Source of the DNA: Eledone cirrhosa
Taxonomy: Eukaryota
Assembly: GCA_964016885.1 (NCBI GenBank)
Contig: OZ024742.1
Span: 359,290,001-359,354,000, forward strand
Direction: 5' to 3'
DNA: 64,000 bases
Below are positions 1 to 13,039 of this stretch, piece by piece. The translations under genes were made by a program, and so were the position numbers. The stretch's first letter is position 1; every line of letters begins with the position of its first letter. The notes below the pieces were generated by a model. It made no database searches. It worked only from the letters and a program-made list of their open reading frames with translations, and was not told where the DNA came from.

Positions 1-352
1 AATTAGCACTAAGGACTCTACTTATTCATATATAGGAGCTACGTCTAACTAATTTAAAGTAAGATTTAATACCCACAAACATAGTTTTTAAAATGCCGCA
101 TTAGCTAATACAACATCCTTGGCTGAAACAATTAATAATTATAGAAAAAAGAATATCGATTACAACCTGACCTGGAGCGGGCTCAAAAGGGCCACCCCTT
201 ATCAAAATAACAGATATGAGTGTAGATTATGCTCCCAAGAACTTTTTGAAATAATGAAATCTAAGGATATCTTATTAAATAAGCGACAAGAATTAATTAT
301 ATCTTGCACTCATAGAATTAGAAGAACCTTCAAATATTATAAACCTAATTAA
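1..352 (+). mobile_element. Penelope-like element, GIY-YIG endonuclease C-terminal fragment
   Basis: Translation gives YIGATS..FKVRFNTHKHSF upstream and CRLCSQELFEI...LLNKRQELIISCTHR in ORF 119-352. This is the typical Penelope/Poseidon EN C-terminus. Confidence 0.8.
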
Positions 353-488
353 TATACACCTTACACTTATATTTTACATATTATTATAAGTAGTTTTTTT
401 TAAATTTAGTTAACCTATAATTAGTACTCCAGAGAACTTCATAATTTTATTTCCCTCTTACAGCTCTCTTTTCCTAAAAATTAATACC

Positions 489-770
489 TAAAAGTATACA
501 TATAAATTAATTTAATTTCCTGTTATGAATTTAGATTCCTTGTAGTTTATATAAGATTGGTATTTCTAACTACTACCCTTGTCCCAAAATTTTATTTTTT
601 TTCGTTTTTAACAACATTCTTTAATAACATCTAATTATTATTTATCACATCCATATGAATTAATATAAATTTATCCCTATAAGTATACCTATCAATTAAT
701 TTAATGTTTTGTTATAGATCTAGATTCCTTGTGGTTTAAATAAGATTGGTATTTCTCACTAATACCCTTA
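489..770 (+). repeat. Diverged ~90-bp direct duplication in the Penelope 3' region
   Basis: aagtatac..aattaatttaat..tagattccttgt..taagattggtatttct..taccctt occurs at ~489-580 and ~680-770. Confidence 0.75.
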
Positions 771-1216
771 CCTGCATCTCCTGTATCCGCGTCTCCTGTA
801 TTCGTACTGTTCGGGAAACCTCTGGTAATGAGGTAATTATATTGTATTGTTTATTATAGATTAAATATTTAGCTCTGTAACTTAAATAGAGCACTCTTCA
901 TTCCTCTTACTTTTTCCATGGAAACTTCAACACTTATAAATATATATATATATATATATAAATGGAAAAAATAAAATTTCATTTCTCACTCTGATACTTA
1001 AATATAAGTATGTATACGTACATACATATATGTATACAAACGTACAGTAGTATGTATATACACATATACATGTACACATATATATATATATATATGTACG
1101 TATGGGTTTACCGAACATTTATTATAATGCTCGGTTTGTTTGTAAACAAACAGCCTGAATTATTAGCCGTACAGTGTTCGGCAACCATCGTTGCCCTTTT
1201 GTTCAGCACTGACAAA

Positions 1217-1259
1217 AGAACGAACTAGTTTCTAGCTTATTAGCTGTCATCAGCACTCT
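1217..1259 (-). ncRNA. Minimal type I hammerhead ribozyme motif
   Basis: Minus strand reads agagug CUGAUGA c-agcu-aaua-agcu-a GAAA cuag UU cguucu. It lies between ~130-bp direct repeats at 1030-1164 and 1331-1454. Confidence 0.75.
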
Positions 1260-1457
1260 ATACCTTCCTGTGAGTCAATTGAACGTTTGAAAGTATATAC
1301 TTTCCTATGAATATTAACGGCTGAGCTTATATGTATACAGACGTACAGTAGTATGTATATACATACATGCACACATATATATACGTACGTATGGGTTTAC
1401 GGAACATTTATTATAATGCTCAGTTTGTTTGTAAACAAACAACCCGAATTATTATTT

Positions 1458-1520
<63 letters not shown>

Positions 1521-1789
1521 CCCTCTCATATACTGTACCGATTGTGTTGTTATTTCTGTTTACCTTTTACATACATACACACATATATATGTGAGAAAAA
1601 CCACAAACCCTCAATCTCAATTCTACTTTTGAAAAACAGAAGAACTGCGGAACCGGTAAAGGAACCAAATAAATATATATATTTAAAAAAAAAAAGACTC
1701 CAGTTGCATTTTCGATTTCATCTTTTTTCCTTATACTTTCACTCGTGTAGGACACCTCGGTTATTTTTCATTTTGTAAAAAAACCTCAC

Positions 1790-1822
<33 letters not shown>

Positions 1823-1826
<4 letters not shown>

Positions 1827-2296
1827 CAAAAGGCCAGCTGGAAAAGGAGAGAGAAAGAGAGAGAAAAGGAAAGAGAGGGAAAGGAGGAAGTACAGGTTAG
1901 GGTGAAGATGAGGAGAGAGGAAGAAGGGGAAAAATAGGAAAGGAATAGAAGAAAAAAAAGTGTACAGATCCCATGTTTCTTTCACCTGTGTCTTCCCACG
2001 ATGGGATCTGTACACTTTGTTTTCTTCTATTGCTTTCCTATTTTCCCCCTTCTTCCTCTCCCCTCATCCCCCCCCTGTTCTTCCTCCTTTCCCTCTCTTT
2101 CCTTTTCTCTTTTCTTTTTTCTCTCTTTCTCTCTCATTTTCCACCTGGCCTTTTGATTAATAAAAGGCCTCGGGCGCACCTGAACTACACCGATGTCCTG
2201 TAATTCAGCGCCGAAACATCGGTTCGGGATACATTTACAGCTGACGATGGATATTGCTTTCTCCTCCTGTTTTGTCCTAACCACCATCCTAAACCC

Positions 2297-2297
<1 letters not shown>
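1823..2297. repeat. Fold-back element with purine/pyrimidine inverted arms and a unique tail, flanked by (TA)n
   Basis: aatcaaaaggccagctggaaaa at 1823 is inverted at ~2137-2158. The centre is gtgtacagatccca...tgggatctgtacac. Confidence 0.7.
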
Positions 2298-2327
<30 letters not shown>

Positions 2328-2454
2328 GGAAGCAGAAAATTGCTTATTGTAATCCAGTTCGTGGTTAAGACACCCAGTTTCATGGACGGTTTCAACGTAC
2401 GGTTAGGGGTAACTCCACAAGTTTGTAAGAATCACGTTCAATCTTGAAGTGAAA

Positions 2455-3756
2455 AGGATAAAAGAGAAAACACAGGTAAGCATTAAAAAAAGGAATTTAT
2501 CCAGGTATTTACGACCGTTTCATTGGTAAGTGCAACCTTATATTGCTATACTGCAAATAGCAGCCACTCAATAATAATTGTTGTTCACGTCCATATTTTC
2601 AAAATAGTGAATAAGTTACTCTTAACAAGTTCTTAATATATTGAGAAAAACATTTTTTTGAATTGTATTTGCTAGTATAGAGAGAAAGGAAGGGGAATTA
2701 GAAAGTGGAGGGACAAAGGGAGTAGTATAGAGAGAGAGGAAGGGGGAGAAGAATTAGGAAGTAGGGTGACAAACTGAGATGGAGGGAGGAGTATAGGTGG
2801 AAGGAATCTTTGATCAATTTTGATATATGTAGGCATGATGTCGTGGATTTAGAGTGTAGTGAGTTAAAGAGAATTAAATTGTTTATAGTGGGAGGGATGG
2901 AGAGAGAGAGGGGGAGAGAGAAAGAGAGAGAGAGAGGGAGAGCTAGAGAGATAAATATATATATTTATATATAAAAAAGGGGATGGGAAGAAGAAAAGAA
3001 AAGACATCAAATTAAAAAGGAGAGAGAAGGAAGAAAACGAAAAGAAATAGAAAAGGAATGAAGGAGAATGGAGGGATATAGGCATTGGTTTTTGTGGGTA
3101 ATTAAAGGGGTTGTATACAATAAGAGGGTAGAAATTCTAAGTATATGCAGTTTGTCAGGTGGTAGTAAGAGGTTAAGGGTTCGATTTGCACTTGTAGTGC
3201 GAAAACTTTTCTTTGAGTCTATGGTTTCAATAAATCGATATTTCGATTTATTGTTGAGTAACTTATTCTTCGAACTCAAAATGTGGAACAACTCAAGGTC
3301 ACATAATCGACAGCTTCTCATGCCACTCCAATATGGGGGCGCGTTCGATAATTGTTTCCACTTCAGGGTGTATTGACGGTTACTTTCCCTCAGTTGCCAG
3401 GTCTTGTTTGCAAGGGTAGTTACATAACGATGCTGGGAATGTTTCAAGCGTAACGGTTTGTATACCAACGAGCTTTAAATGTATTCCCAGTCGCTCCGAT
3501 GTAATACCATTTCTGGTTGTCTGATTCCACTGTGCATTGGTAAACCAGGTTAGACTGCATACATTCGTTATGTAATGGACAGGTTTCAGGTAGGTGGCAA
3601 TTACAATTCTTGTCAAGGGCAACCTTGGCATTATTAGTGGACTGCGATGCCTGTACAAGTGTGTTACGTCTTGTTTGCCTATTAGTGGGTGGTTGTGTAT
3701 TAGATATACCTGGATAAAATCCTTTTTTTAATGCTTACCTGTGTTTTCTCTTTCAT

Positions 3757-3758
<2 letters not shown>
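2455..3758 (-). mobile_element. 5'-truncated Penelope-like element (GIY-YIG fragment ~3190-3700) with an inverted copy of its 3' end
   Basis: Minus strand encodes KNCNC..CPLHNECMQSNLVYQC..YYIGATGNTFKARW and CRLCDLELFHIL..LLN, with frameshifts. 2455-2513 is the reverse complement of 3705-3758. Confidence 0.8.
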
Positions 3759-3790
<32 letters not shown>

Positions 3791-3797
<7 letters not shown>

Positions 3798-4230
3798 AGA
3801 TCAAAAGATGGTTAAAGGAGTTCAATATATTTTATTATGCGCATTTCAAAAACAAACATCATCAAACAATAATATTTGTGTTTTCATCAGATAAAACAGG
3901 AGAACATGATATGAAGGCTAAAAAAACACTTGTTGATAGTGCAGTTTTAAATCAACATATGTTGATTTAAAATCAACATATGTTGATTTAAAACTGCACT
4001 ATCAACAAGTGTTTTTTTAGCCTTCATATCATGTTCTCCTGTTTTATCTGATGAAAACACAAATATTATTGTTTGATGATGTTTGTTTTTGAAATGCGCA
4101 TAATAAAATATATTGAACTCCTTTAACCATCTTTTGATCTTATATTATGCATACTCCAGTCCCACAAACTGTAGAGTGCTTCTTATCCGATATCTGCATT
4201 GCTTTATTGTACTACAATAAAACTCACCTC
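3791..4230. repeat. Near-perfect ~360-bp palindrome (centre ~3969) plus a one-sided tail, within (TA)n
   Basis: 3791-3968 is the reverse complement of 3970-4148. Confidence 0.9.
4042..4108 (+). ncRNA. Type I hammerhead motif (mirror copy on minus strand at 3830-3896)
   Basis: uuuuau CUGAUGA aaac...uuuu GAAA ugcgca UA auaaaa, with a palindromic stem III. Confidence 0.75.
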
Positions 4231-4235
4231 CTACA

Positions 4236-4279
<44 letters not shown>

Positions 4280-4282
4280 AAT

Positions 4283-4320
<38 letters not shown>

Positions 4321-4485
4321 TGATTTTCCCTGGATTTGACAGATAAATCTATGTCTTGATTTTTTAAAAAATTGGGTTTGAATTATTTTCCCACATCTTA
4401 CGGTAATTATTTTCCATTTTGACGTTATAGTCACTTATATATTATGAAATACTGTTGACTTCATGCTCACAATAATTTCTATACC

Positions 4486-5014
<529 letters not shown>

Positions 5015-5020
5015 ATTTAT

Positions 5021-5139
<119 letters not shown>

Positions 5140-5520
5140 TGTGTGTGTGTGTGCGTGTGTGTGTGTGTTTTTGTGTGTGTGTGTGTGTGTATAAGTATAT
5201 ATATATCGAAGCAAGTGACATACATCATACATTTTGCTATATCTAACATTTTAAGACAATGAAGTTTGGCTTCGGTGTTTTATATACACAACCTTACTGA
5301 ATGTGACGTATGTCCTTCGGTCGTATACTATCACATTAGAGAAGTATATTCCCTTTGACATTTGGCCCGACTAAAGATGATTTGATAAACATAAAGGAAA
5401 GGGAACGAATTAAAGGGCTGTTTACGTATCTGGACAAGATGTGAGACGAAGGTGTCCGGGATAGCGCGGTGGATATAGTCTGTACACACAAAAATAATGT
5501 CACCCTCTGAATATAGCGAA

Positions 5521-8500
5521 TAGGAAAATATCGCCAATCAACGAGAACACTCGTTGCAACGTTAAGAGTGTAGCTCTCTTCAGAAGTACTGATTAGGACG
5601 ATATCGCCAATCAACGAGAACTCTCGTTGCAACGTTAAGAGTGTAGCTCTCTTCAGAAGTACTGATTAGGACGGTATCGCCAATCAACGAGAACTCTCGT
5701 TGCAACGTTAAGAGTGTAGCTCTCTTCAGAAGTACTGATTAGGACGATATCGCCAATCAACGAGAACTCTCGTTGCAACGTTAAGAGTGTAGCTCTCTTC
5801 AGAAGTACTGATTAGGACGGTATCGCCAATCAACGAGAACTCTCGTTGCAACGTTAAGAGTGTAGCTCTCTTCAGAAGTACTGATTAGGACGGTATCGCC
5901 AATCAACGAGAACTCTCGTTGCAACGTTAAGAGTGTAGCTCTCTTCAGAAGTACTGATTAGGACGGTATCGCCAATCAACGAGAACTCTCGTTGCAACGT
6001 TAAGAGTGTAGCTCTCTTCAGAAGTACTAATTAGGACGATATCGCCAATCAACGAGAACTCTCGTTGCAACGTTAAGAGTGTAGCTCTCTTCAGAAGTAC
6101 TGATTAGGACGGTATCGCCAATCAACGAGAACTCTCGTTGCAACGTTAAGAGTGTAGCTCTCTTCAGAAGTACTGATTAGGACGGTATCGCCAATCAACG
6201 AGAACTCTCGTTGCAACGTTAAGAGTGTAGCTCTCTTCAGAAGTACTGATTAGGACGGTATCGCCAATCAACGAGAACTCTCGTTGCAACGTTAAGAGTG
6301 TAGCTCTCTTCAGAAGTACTGATTAGGACGATAACGCCAATCAACGAGAACTCTCGTTGCAACGTTAAGAGTGTAGCTCTCTTCAGAAGTACTGATTAGG
6401 ACGGTATCGCCAATCAACGAGAACTCTCGTTGCAACGTTAAGAGTGTAGCTCTCTTCAGAAGTACTGATTAGGACGATATCGCCAATCAACGAGAACTCT
6501 CGTTGCAACGTTAAGAGTGTAGCTCTCTTCAGAAGTACTGATTAGGACGATAACGCCAATCAACGAGAACTCTCGTTGCAACGTTAAGAGTGTAGCTCTC
6601 TTCAGAAGTACTGATTAGGACGGTATCGCCAATCAACGAGAACTCTCGTTGCAACGTTAAGAGTGTAGCTCTCTTCAGAAGTACTGATTAGGACGATATC
6701 GCCAATCAACGAGAACTCTCGTTGCAACGTTAAGAGTGTAGCTCTCTTCAGAAGTACTGATTAGGACGGTATCGCCAATCAAAGAGAACTCTCGTTGCAA
6801 CGTTAAGAGTGTAGCTCTCTTCAGAAGTACTGATTAGGACGGTATCGCCAATCAACGAGAACTCTCGTTGCAACGTTAAGAGTGTAGCTCTCTTCAGAAG
6901 TACTGATTAGGACGATATCGTCAATCAACGAGAACTCTCGTTGCAACGTTAAGAGTGTAGCTCTCTTTAGAAGTACTGATTAGGACGGTATCGCCAATCA
7001 ACGAGAACTCTCGTTGCAACGTTAAGAGTGTAGCTCTCTTCAGAAGTACTGATTAGGACGATATCGCCAATCAACGAGAACTCTCGTTGCAACGTTAAGA
7101 GTGTAGCTCTCTTCAGAAGTACTGATTAGGACGGTATCGCCAATCAACGAGAACTCTCGTTGCAACGTTAAGAGTGTAGCTCTCTTCAGAAGTACTGATT
7201 AGGACGGTATCGCCAATCAACGAGAACTCTCGTTGCAACGTTAAGAGTGTAGCTCTCTTCAGAAGTACTGATTAGGACGGTATCGCCAATCAACGAGAAC
7301 TATCGTTGCAACGTTAAGAGTGTAGTTCTCTTCAGAAGTACTGATTAGAACGATATCGCCAATCAACGAGAACTCTCGTTGCAACGTTAAGAGTGCAGCT
7401 CTCTTCAGAAGTACTGATTAGGACGGTATCGCCAATCAACGAAAACTCTCGTTGCAACGTTAAGAGTGTAGCTCTCTTCAGAAGTACTGATCAGGACGAT
7501 ATCGCCAATCAACGAGAACTCCCGTTGCAACGTTAAGAGTGTAGCTCTCTTCAGAAGTACTGATTAGGACGGTATCGCCAATCAACGAGAACTCTCGTTG
7601 CAACGTTAAGAGTGTAGCTCTCTTCAGAAGTACTGATTAGGACGATATCGTCAATCAACGAGAACTCTCGTTGCAACGTTAAGAGTGTAGCTCTCTTCAG
7701 AAGTACTGATTAGGACGGTATCGCCAATCAAAGAGAACTCTCGTTGCAACGTTAAGAGTGTAGCTCTCTTCAGAAGTACTGATTAGGACGGTATCGCCAA
7801 TCAACGAGAACTCTCGTTGCAACGTTAAGAGTGTAGCTCTCTTCAGAAGTACTGATTAGGATGATATCGCCAATCAACGAGAACTCTCGTTGCAACGTTA
7901 AGAGTGTAGCTCTCTTCAGAAGTACTGATTAGGACGGTATCGCCAATCAACGAGAACTCTCGTTGCAACGTTAAGAGTGTAGCTCTCTTCAGAAGTACTG
8001 ATTAGGACGATATCGCCAATCAACGAGAACTCTCGTTGCAACGTTAAGAGTGTAGCTCTCTTCAGAAGTACTGATTAGGACGGTATCGCCAATAAACGAG
8101 AACTCTCGTTGCAACGTTAAGAGTGTAGCTCTCTTCAGAAGTACTGATTAGGACGATATCGCCAATCAACGAGAACTCTCGTTGCAATGTTAAGAGTGTA
8201 GCTCTCTTCAGAAGTACTGATTAGGACGGTATTGCCAATCAACGAGAACTCTCGTTGCAACGTTAAGAGTGTAGCTCTCTTCAGAAGTACTGATTAGGAC
8301 GATATCGTCAATCAACGAGAACTCTCGTTGCAACGTTAAGAGTGTAGCTCTCTTCAGAAGTACTGATGAGGACGGTATCGCCAATCAACGAGAACTCTCG
8401 TTGCAACGTTAAGAGTGTAGCTCTCTTCAGAAGTACTGATTAGGACGATATCGCCAATCAACGAGAACTCTCGTTGCAACGTTAAGAGTGTAGCTCTCTT

Positions 8501-10115
8501 CAGAAGTACTGATTAGGACGGTATCGCCAATCAACGAGAACTCTCGTTGCAACGTTAAGAGTGTAGCTCTCTTCAGAAGTACTGATTAGGACGGTATCGC
8601 CAATCAACGAGAACTCTCGTTGCAACGTTAAGAGTGTAGCTCTCTTCAGAAGTACTGATTAGGACGATATCGCCAATCAACGAGAACTCTCGTTGCAACG
8701 TTAAGAGTGTAGCTCTCTTCAGAAGTACTGATTAGGACGGTATCGCCAATCAACGAGAACTCTCGTTGCAACGTTAAGAGTGTAGCTCTCTTCAGAAGTA
8801 CTGATTAGGACGGTATCGCCAATCAACGAGAACTCTCGTTGCAACGTTAAGAGTGTAGCTCTCTTCAGAAGTACTGATTAGGACGATACGCCAATCAACT
8901 AGAACTCTCGTTGCAACGTTAAGAGTGTAGCTCTCTTCAGAAGTACTGATTAGGACGGTATCGCCAATCAACGAGAACTCTCGTTGCAACGTTAAGAGTG
9001 TAGCTCTCTTCAGAAGTACTGATTAGGACGATATCGCCAATCAACGAGAACTCTCGTTGCAACGTTAAGAGTGTAGCTCTCTTCAGAAGTACTGATTAGG
9101 ACGGTATCGCCAATCAACGAGAACTCTCGTTGCAACGTTAAGAGTGTAGCTCTCTTCAGAAGTACTGATTAGGACGGTATCGCCAATCAACGAGAACTCT
9201 CGTTGCAACGTTAAGAGTGTAGCTCTCTTCAGAAGTACTGATTAGGACGATATCGCCAATCAACGAGAACTCTCGTTGCAATGTTAAGAGTGTAGCTCTC
9301 TTCAGAAGTACTGATTAGGACGGTATCGCCAATCAACGAGAACTCTCGTTGCAACGTTAAGAGTGTAGCTCTCTTCAGAAGTACTGATTAGGACGATATC
9401 GCCAATCAACGAGAACTCTCGTTGCAACGTTAAGAGTGTAGCTCTCTTCAGAAGTACTGATTAGGACGGTATCGCCAATCAACGAGAACTCTCGTTGCAA
9501 CGTTAAGAGTGTAGCTCTCTTCAGAAGTACTGATTAGGACGGTATCGCCAATCAACGAGAACTCTCGTTGCAACGTTAAGAGTGTAGCTCTCTTCAGAAG
9601 TACTGATTAGGACGATATCGCCAATCAACGAGAACTCTCGTTGCAACGTTAAGAGTGTAGCTCTCTTCAGAAGTACTGATTAGGACGGTATCGCCAATCA
9701 ACGAGAACTCTCGTTGCAACGTTAAGAGTGTAGCTCTCTTCAGAAGTACTGATTAGGACGATATCGCCAATCAACGAGAACTCTCGTTGCAATGTTAAGA
9801 GTGTAGCTCTCTTCAGAAGTACTGATTAGGACGGTATCGCCAATCAACGAGAACTCTCGTTGCAACGTTAAGAGTGTAGCTCTCTTCAGAAGTACTGATT
9901 AGGACGATATCGCCAATCAACGAGAACTCTCGTTGCAATGTTAAGAGTGTAGCTCTCTTCAGAAGTACTGATTAGGACGGTATCGCCAATCAACGAGAAC
10001 TCTCGTTGCAACGTTAAGAGTGTAGCTCTCTTCAGAAGTACTGATTAGGACGGTATCGCCAATCAACGAGAACTCTCGTTGCAACGTTAAGAGTGTAGCT
10101 CTCTTCAGAAGTACT
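5521..10115. repeat. 73-bp tandem satellite, about 63 highly homogeneous units
   Basis: Unit is atcgccaatcaacgagaactctcgttgcaacgttaagagtgtagctctcttcagaagtactgattaggacg(a/g)t. atcgcc recurs at 5603 and 5676. There are no spacers. Confidence 0.97.
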
Positions 10116-10317
10116 CATGCATCGAATCAATCAATGTTGTTATATCCTATAATTAAGCAAGTATGATGACAATATTGAGCATGAGACGGCCGGAGTATCA
10201 GCTGATTACTACCTGTAGAGTTCAGTATTTAAACGGTGTCCCATGTTTGTTTATATACCCGCGGCTGTGAGACACGGGAGCTGGAATGGCCCTTCCAACG
10301 CATTTCCCCTCACCATC

Positions 10318-10420
10318 CTTCTCTATTCTGTCCGCTGGACCACGGAGCGGCCAGCACGTGGACTCTCATTTGCATATCATAGTGAGAGATGGGGAGAGCG
10401 AGAGAGATGGAAGCAGTGAG
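10318..10420. repeat. Dispersed ~110-130-bp GC-rich element, copy 1 of 3
   Basis: cttctctattctgtcc..cggccagcacgtgg..gagagatggggagagcga also occurs at ~24156-24286 and ~27816-27935. Confidence 0.7.
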
Positions 10421-10706
10421 TGAAAGAGAGAGAACATCAACATACCCAAATTTGTCATTTATATATGTTTCTTTAGAAACAGTTAAATATTTTTTTAAAT
10501 ATTAAAACTGGTTATGTGGTCTGCTGTGTGTGTCCTGTAGCTACTTATACTAACAATCAGATATACCTGTTAATATAACTTAGTGTCACGACTTCACCAT
10601 GTAGCGTAGTTCTTATCTGTAGATTATTTCTTTCATTCAGTTCTAGTATCGTAATCAAAGATTTTCTTAGTAGAACAATATATAATGTGGAAAGTAATAT
10701 ATATAA

Positions 10707-10890
10707 TTGTTTCTACTTTTGGTACAAGGCCAGCAATTACTCAGTACATTACTGGTACTTTATTTTATCGACCCCGTAAGGATGAAAGGCAAAGTTAATC
10801 TCGGCGGGATTTCGTCTCAGAATAGCAAGGGCCGTAACTCCATGCGTCAAAGCATGGCGTCTGACCCTCTACCAATACTGCCAATCCAAA
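10707..10890 (-). mobile_element. tRNA-derived SINE family A (Meta/Sauria-like central domain)
   Basis: Reverse complement of the consensus ggattggcagtatcggtagag..gagttcaaatcccgccgaggttaactttgcctttcatccttacggggtcgataaaataaagtaccagt..ggccttgtgcc.aaagtagaaacaa, whose gagttcaaatcc is a B box. Confidence 0.8.
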
Positions 10891-13039
10891 GGCTAAACAA
10901 CGCAAGATGGACGGTAAGAAGATGTCAACGAAAAGGTTAGTTACCTGGTAGTCTTTGTTGTTTGTTTGTTTTTGTTTTTGTTTGTTTTTTGTTTTTTGTA
11001 TGTTTTTTTTTCTTTCGTCCTAATACTCGGGTATTAACATTCCCCTTATCAGAGTATAAGGATCTCTCGGAGAAAAAATGTTCCGGTCTCTTCTCTTTAA
11101 AATTAGATTTAACTTTAGAATTTATAAACCACTGTCAAGCGTTGTTTGGTGTTTGCTTTAGTATTCACGAGAAGGAGGAGAATGACGTCAATTGCCGGCT
11201 TTAATATCTCATGGAATTTATTTATGGGACTTCTATGTTCTACAAAGAGGTAGAGCAATGTAGTTATAAGTTATAACTATATTATATAACTATATAACTA
11301 TACAAATAGGTAGAGTAATATAGTTATAACAGTAAGACATGAACACACGACTGTTTTGTTAACTCAAAAGAAAATATGTCTTTGAAAAACATCCGTCCAT
11401 GCAATTGTGCATTTCTTTCCTGGTAAGACAAACGTATTAACTACAAGGAGATTGCCAAATTTTCCCCGATTCTAACATAAAAGTCTTTAGTACTTACTGA
11501 GAACTATTCCATTGATTTCTTTTATTTTGAAACGGCCCCATCAAACTTTTTAAATAATGTTAATAAACACACAAATAAAAATATATTTATTTGATATGCA
11601 CTGTTATGAGGATGTCTTTTGTTATGTGCCGTTCATTCATGCTTTCCAGTATCAGTGAAAATATATCTACAAACCAATTCCGATATAGAAGGCGATGTAA
11701 AAAATCTCCTTAGCATTAACAAAATGTTCTCAATATATATTGAAGGAAATGTTGAAATACTAACATATTAATATTGTTTTATTAACGGCTTTCCTTATAG
11801 TGACAGAATATTTCAGAAAAACTATGGAAATGGTTTGGATATGAATGTGTATGGGGTGGGGGTAAATATGGAGATATTAAAAGGAAAAAAAACTTCAACG
11901 CAAATGCAAAATATTCTTCAATATATATTTGTGAGTGATGTTTGCTGAGCAGTTGTTAAACAGACGTTCATTATTACGAGGAAAAAGGAAATAAACTGGG
12001 CATATACAAAAATAGAAGTTGGAGCATTACTTTAATTGAAATGGAAATTAAGTCTGATGGTTTTTGCAAGCAAAACATTTGATTTTAATATCCGTTCTGT
12101 CAGAAAATAATATTTTCTAAAATTTTTAACGAAATTGAAGTTTATGTATTTTCTAACAGATATTAAAGCAATTCAAAATTCTTCTATATTATTTCTGTAG
12201 AATTTCCTTGTTTTCCTTTTGCTAAAGCCAACAATTCCGATAATCTTGAATGGGGAGGTAAGATTTGATGTAGAGGGCCAGGTGGATGATAGAAGGAATG
12301 TGGCGAGTGACAATATGTCACTTACTTCAACAATTCATGCAGACTAATATTTGGATTAAATATTTCTATGCTTACATTCCATTGCCTGGCAGCCAATGGC
12401 TTCTATATAAAACACTTAACGTTTAAGATTGACTATAATATTTTTAATATTATTTATGAATTTTCCATACACATTAAAAGTCAGGTACTTTGAATCACAA
12501 ACGTAATATTAAGAATAAAACTAAACTAAAAAATAATACTTAATATCACTAAACTAATTTTTTTATTATTATTAAATGCATTTAAGATTTAACTTTGAGC
12601 ATTACGAAAGGGCAAATCAGTATGTTATTGCAAAACTTTTTTTTTATAAATTTTGACATGTTTATAATTGTAATGTATTCAGTTACTGATGGAATTCTGA
12701 ATACTAAATTATTAATTAAATTTCACAATCATATATATAATTTTTAGATATATAAAGCGACTCAAAATCAGAACGATAGTTGCAGTAAGAATATCTTTAA
12801 CACGGTGGAGGTAATAATTACTGCTACACCTAAGTATTAATCTCACTTATAGTACAAATATCAATTCCGATACGTTCACTGGTATTTGAAATTGACTTAT
12901 AACTATTTTGAAAATAAAGTTATATTCTTAGATATATTATATTGAGTTACTTCCTATCACGAGGTATACAGTTCAGAAATGTATTTAGTGTCATAAGGAC
13001 GATACTGTAAATATTTTGAAAAATACAAGCGAATGCCAG

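Noticed and set aside
765-836. Hammerhead in the 3' region of the first Penelope (GAAA cc-ucu-gg UA augagg)
   Set aside because: The CUGANGA strand is missing, so at best it is a decayed remnant and was not counted.
5521-10115. CRISPR array or tRNA gene cluster
   Set aside because: Units are contiguous with no variable spacers, no cas genes are present, and there are no A/B boxes or acceptor stem.
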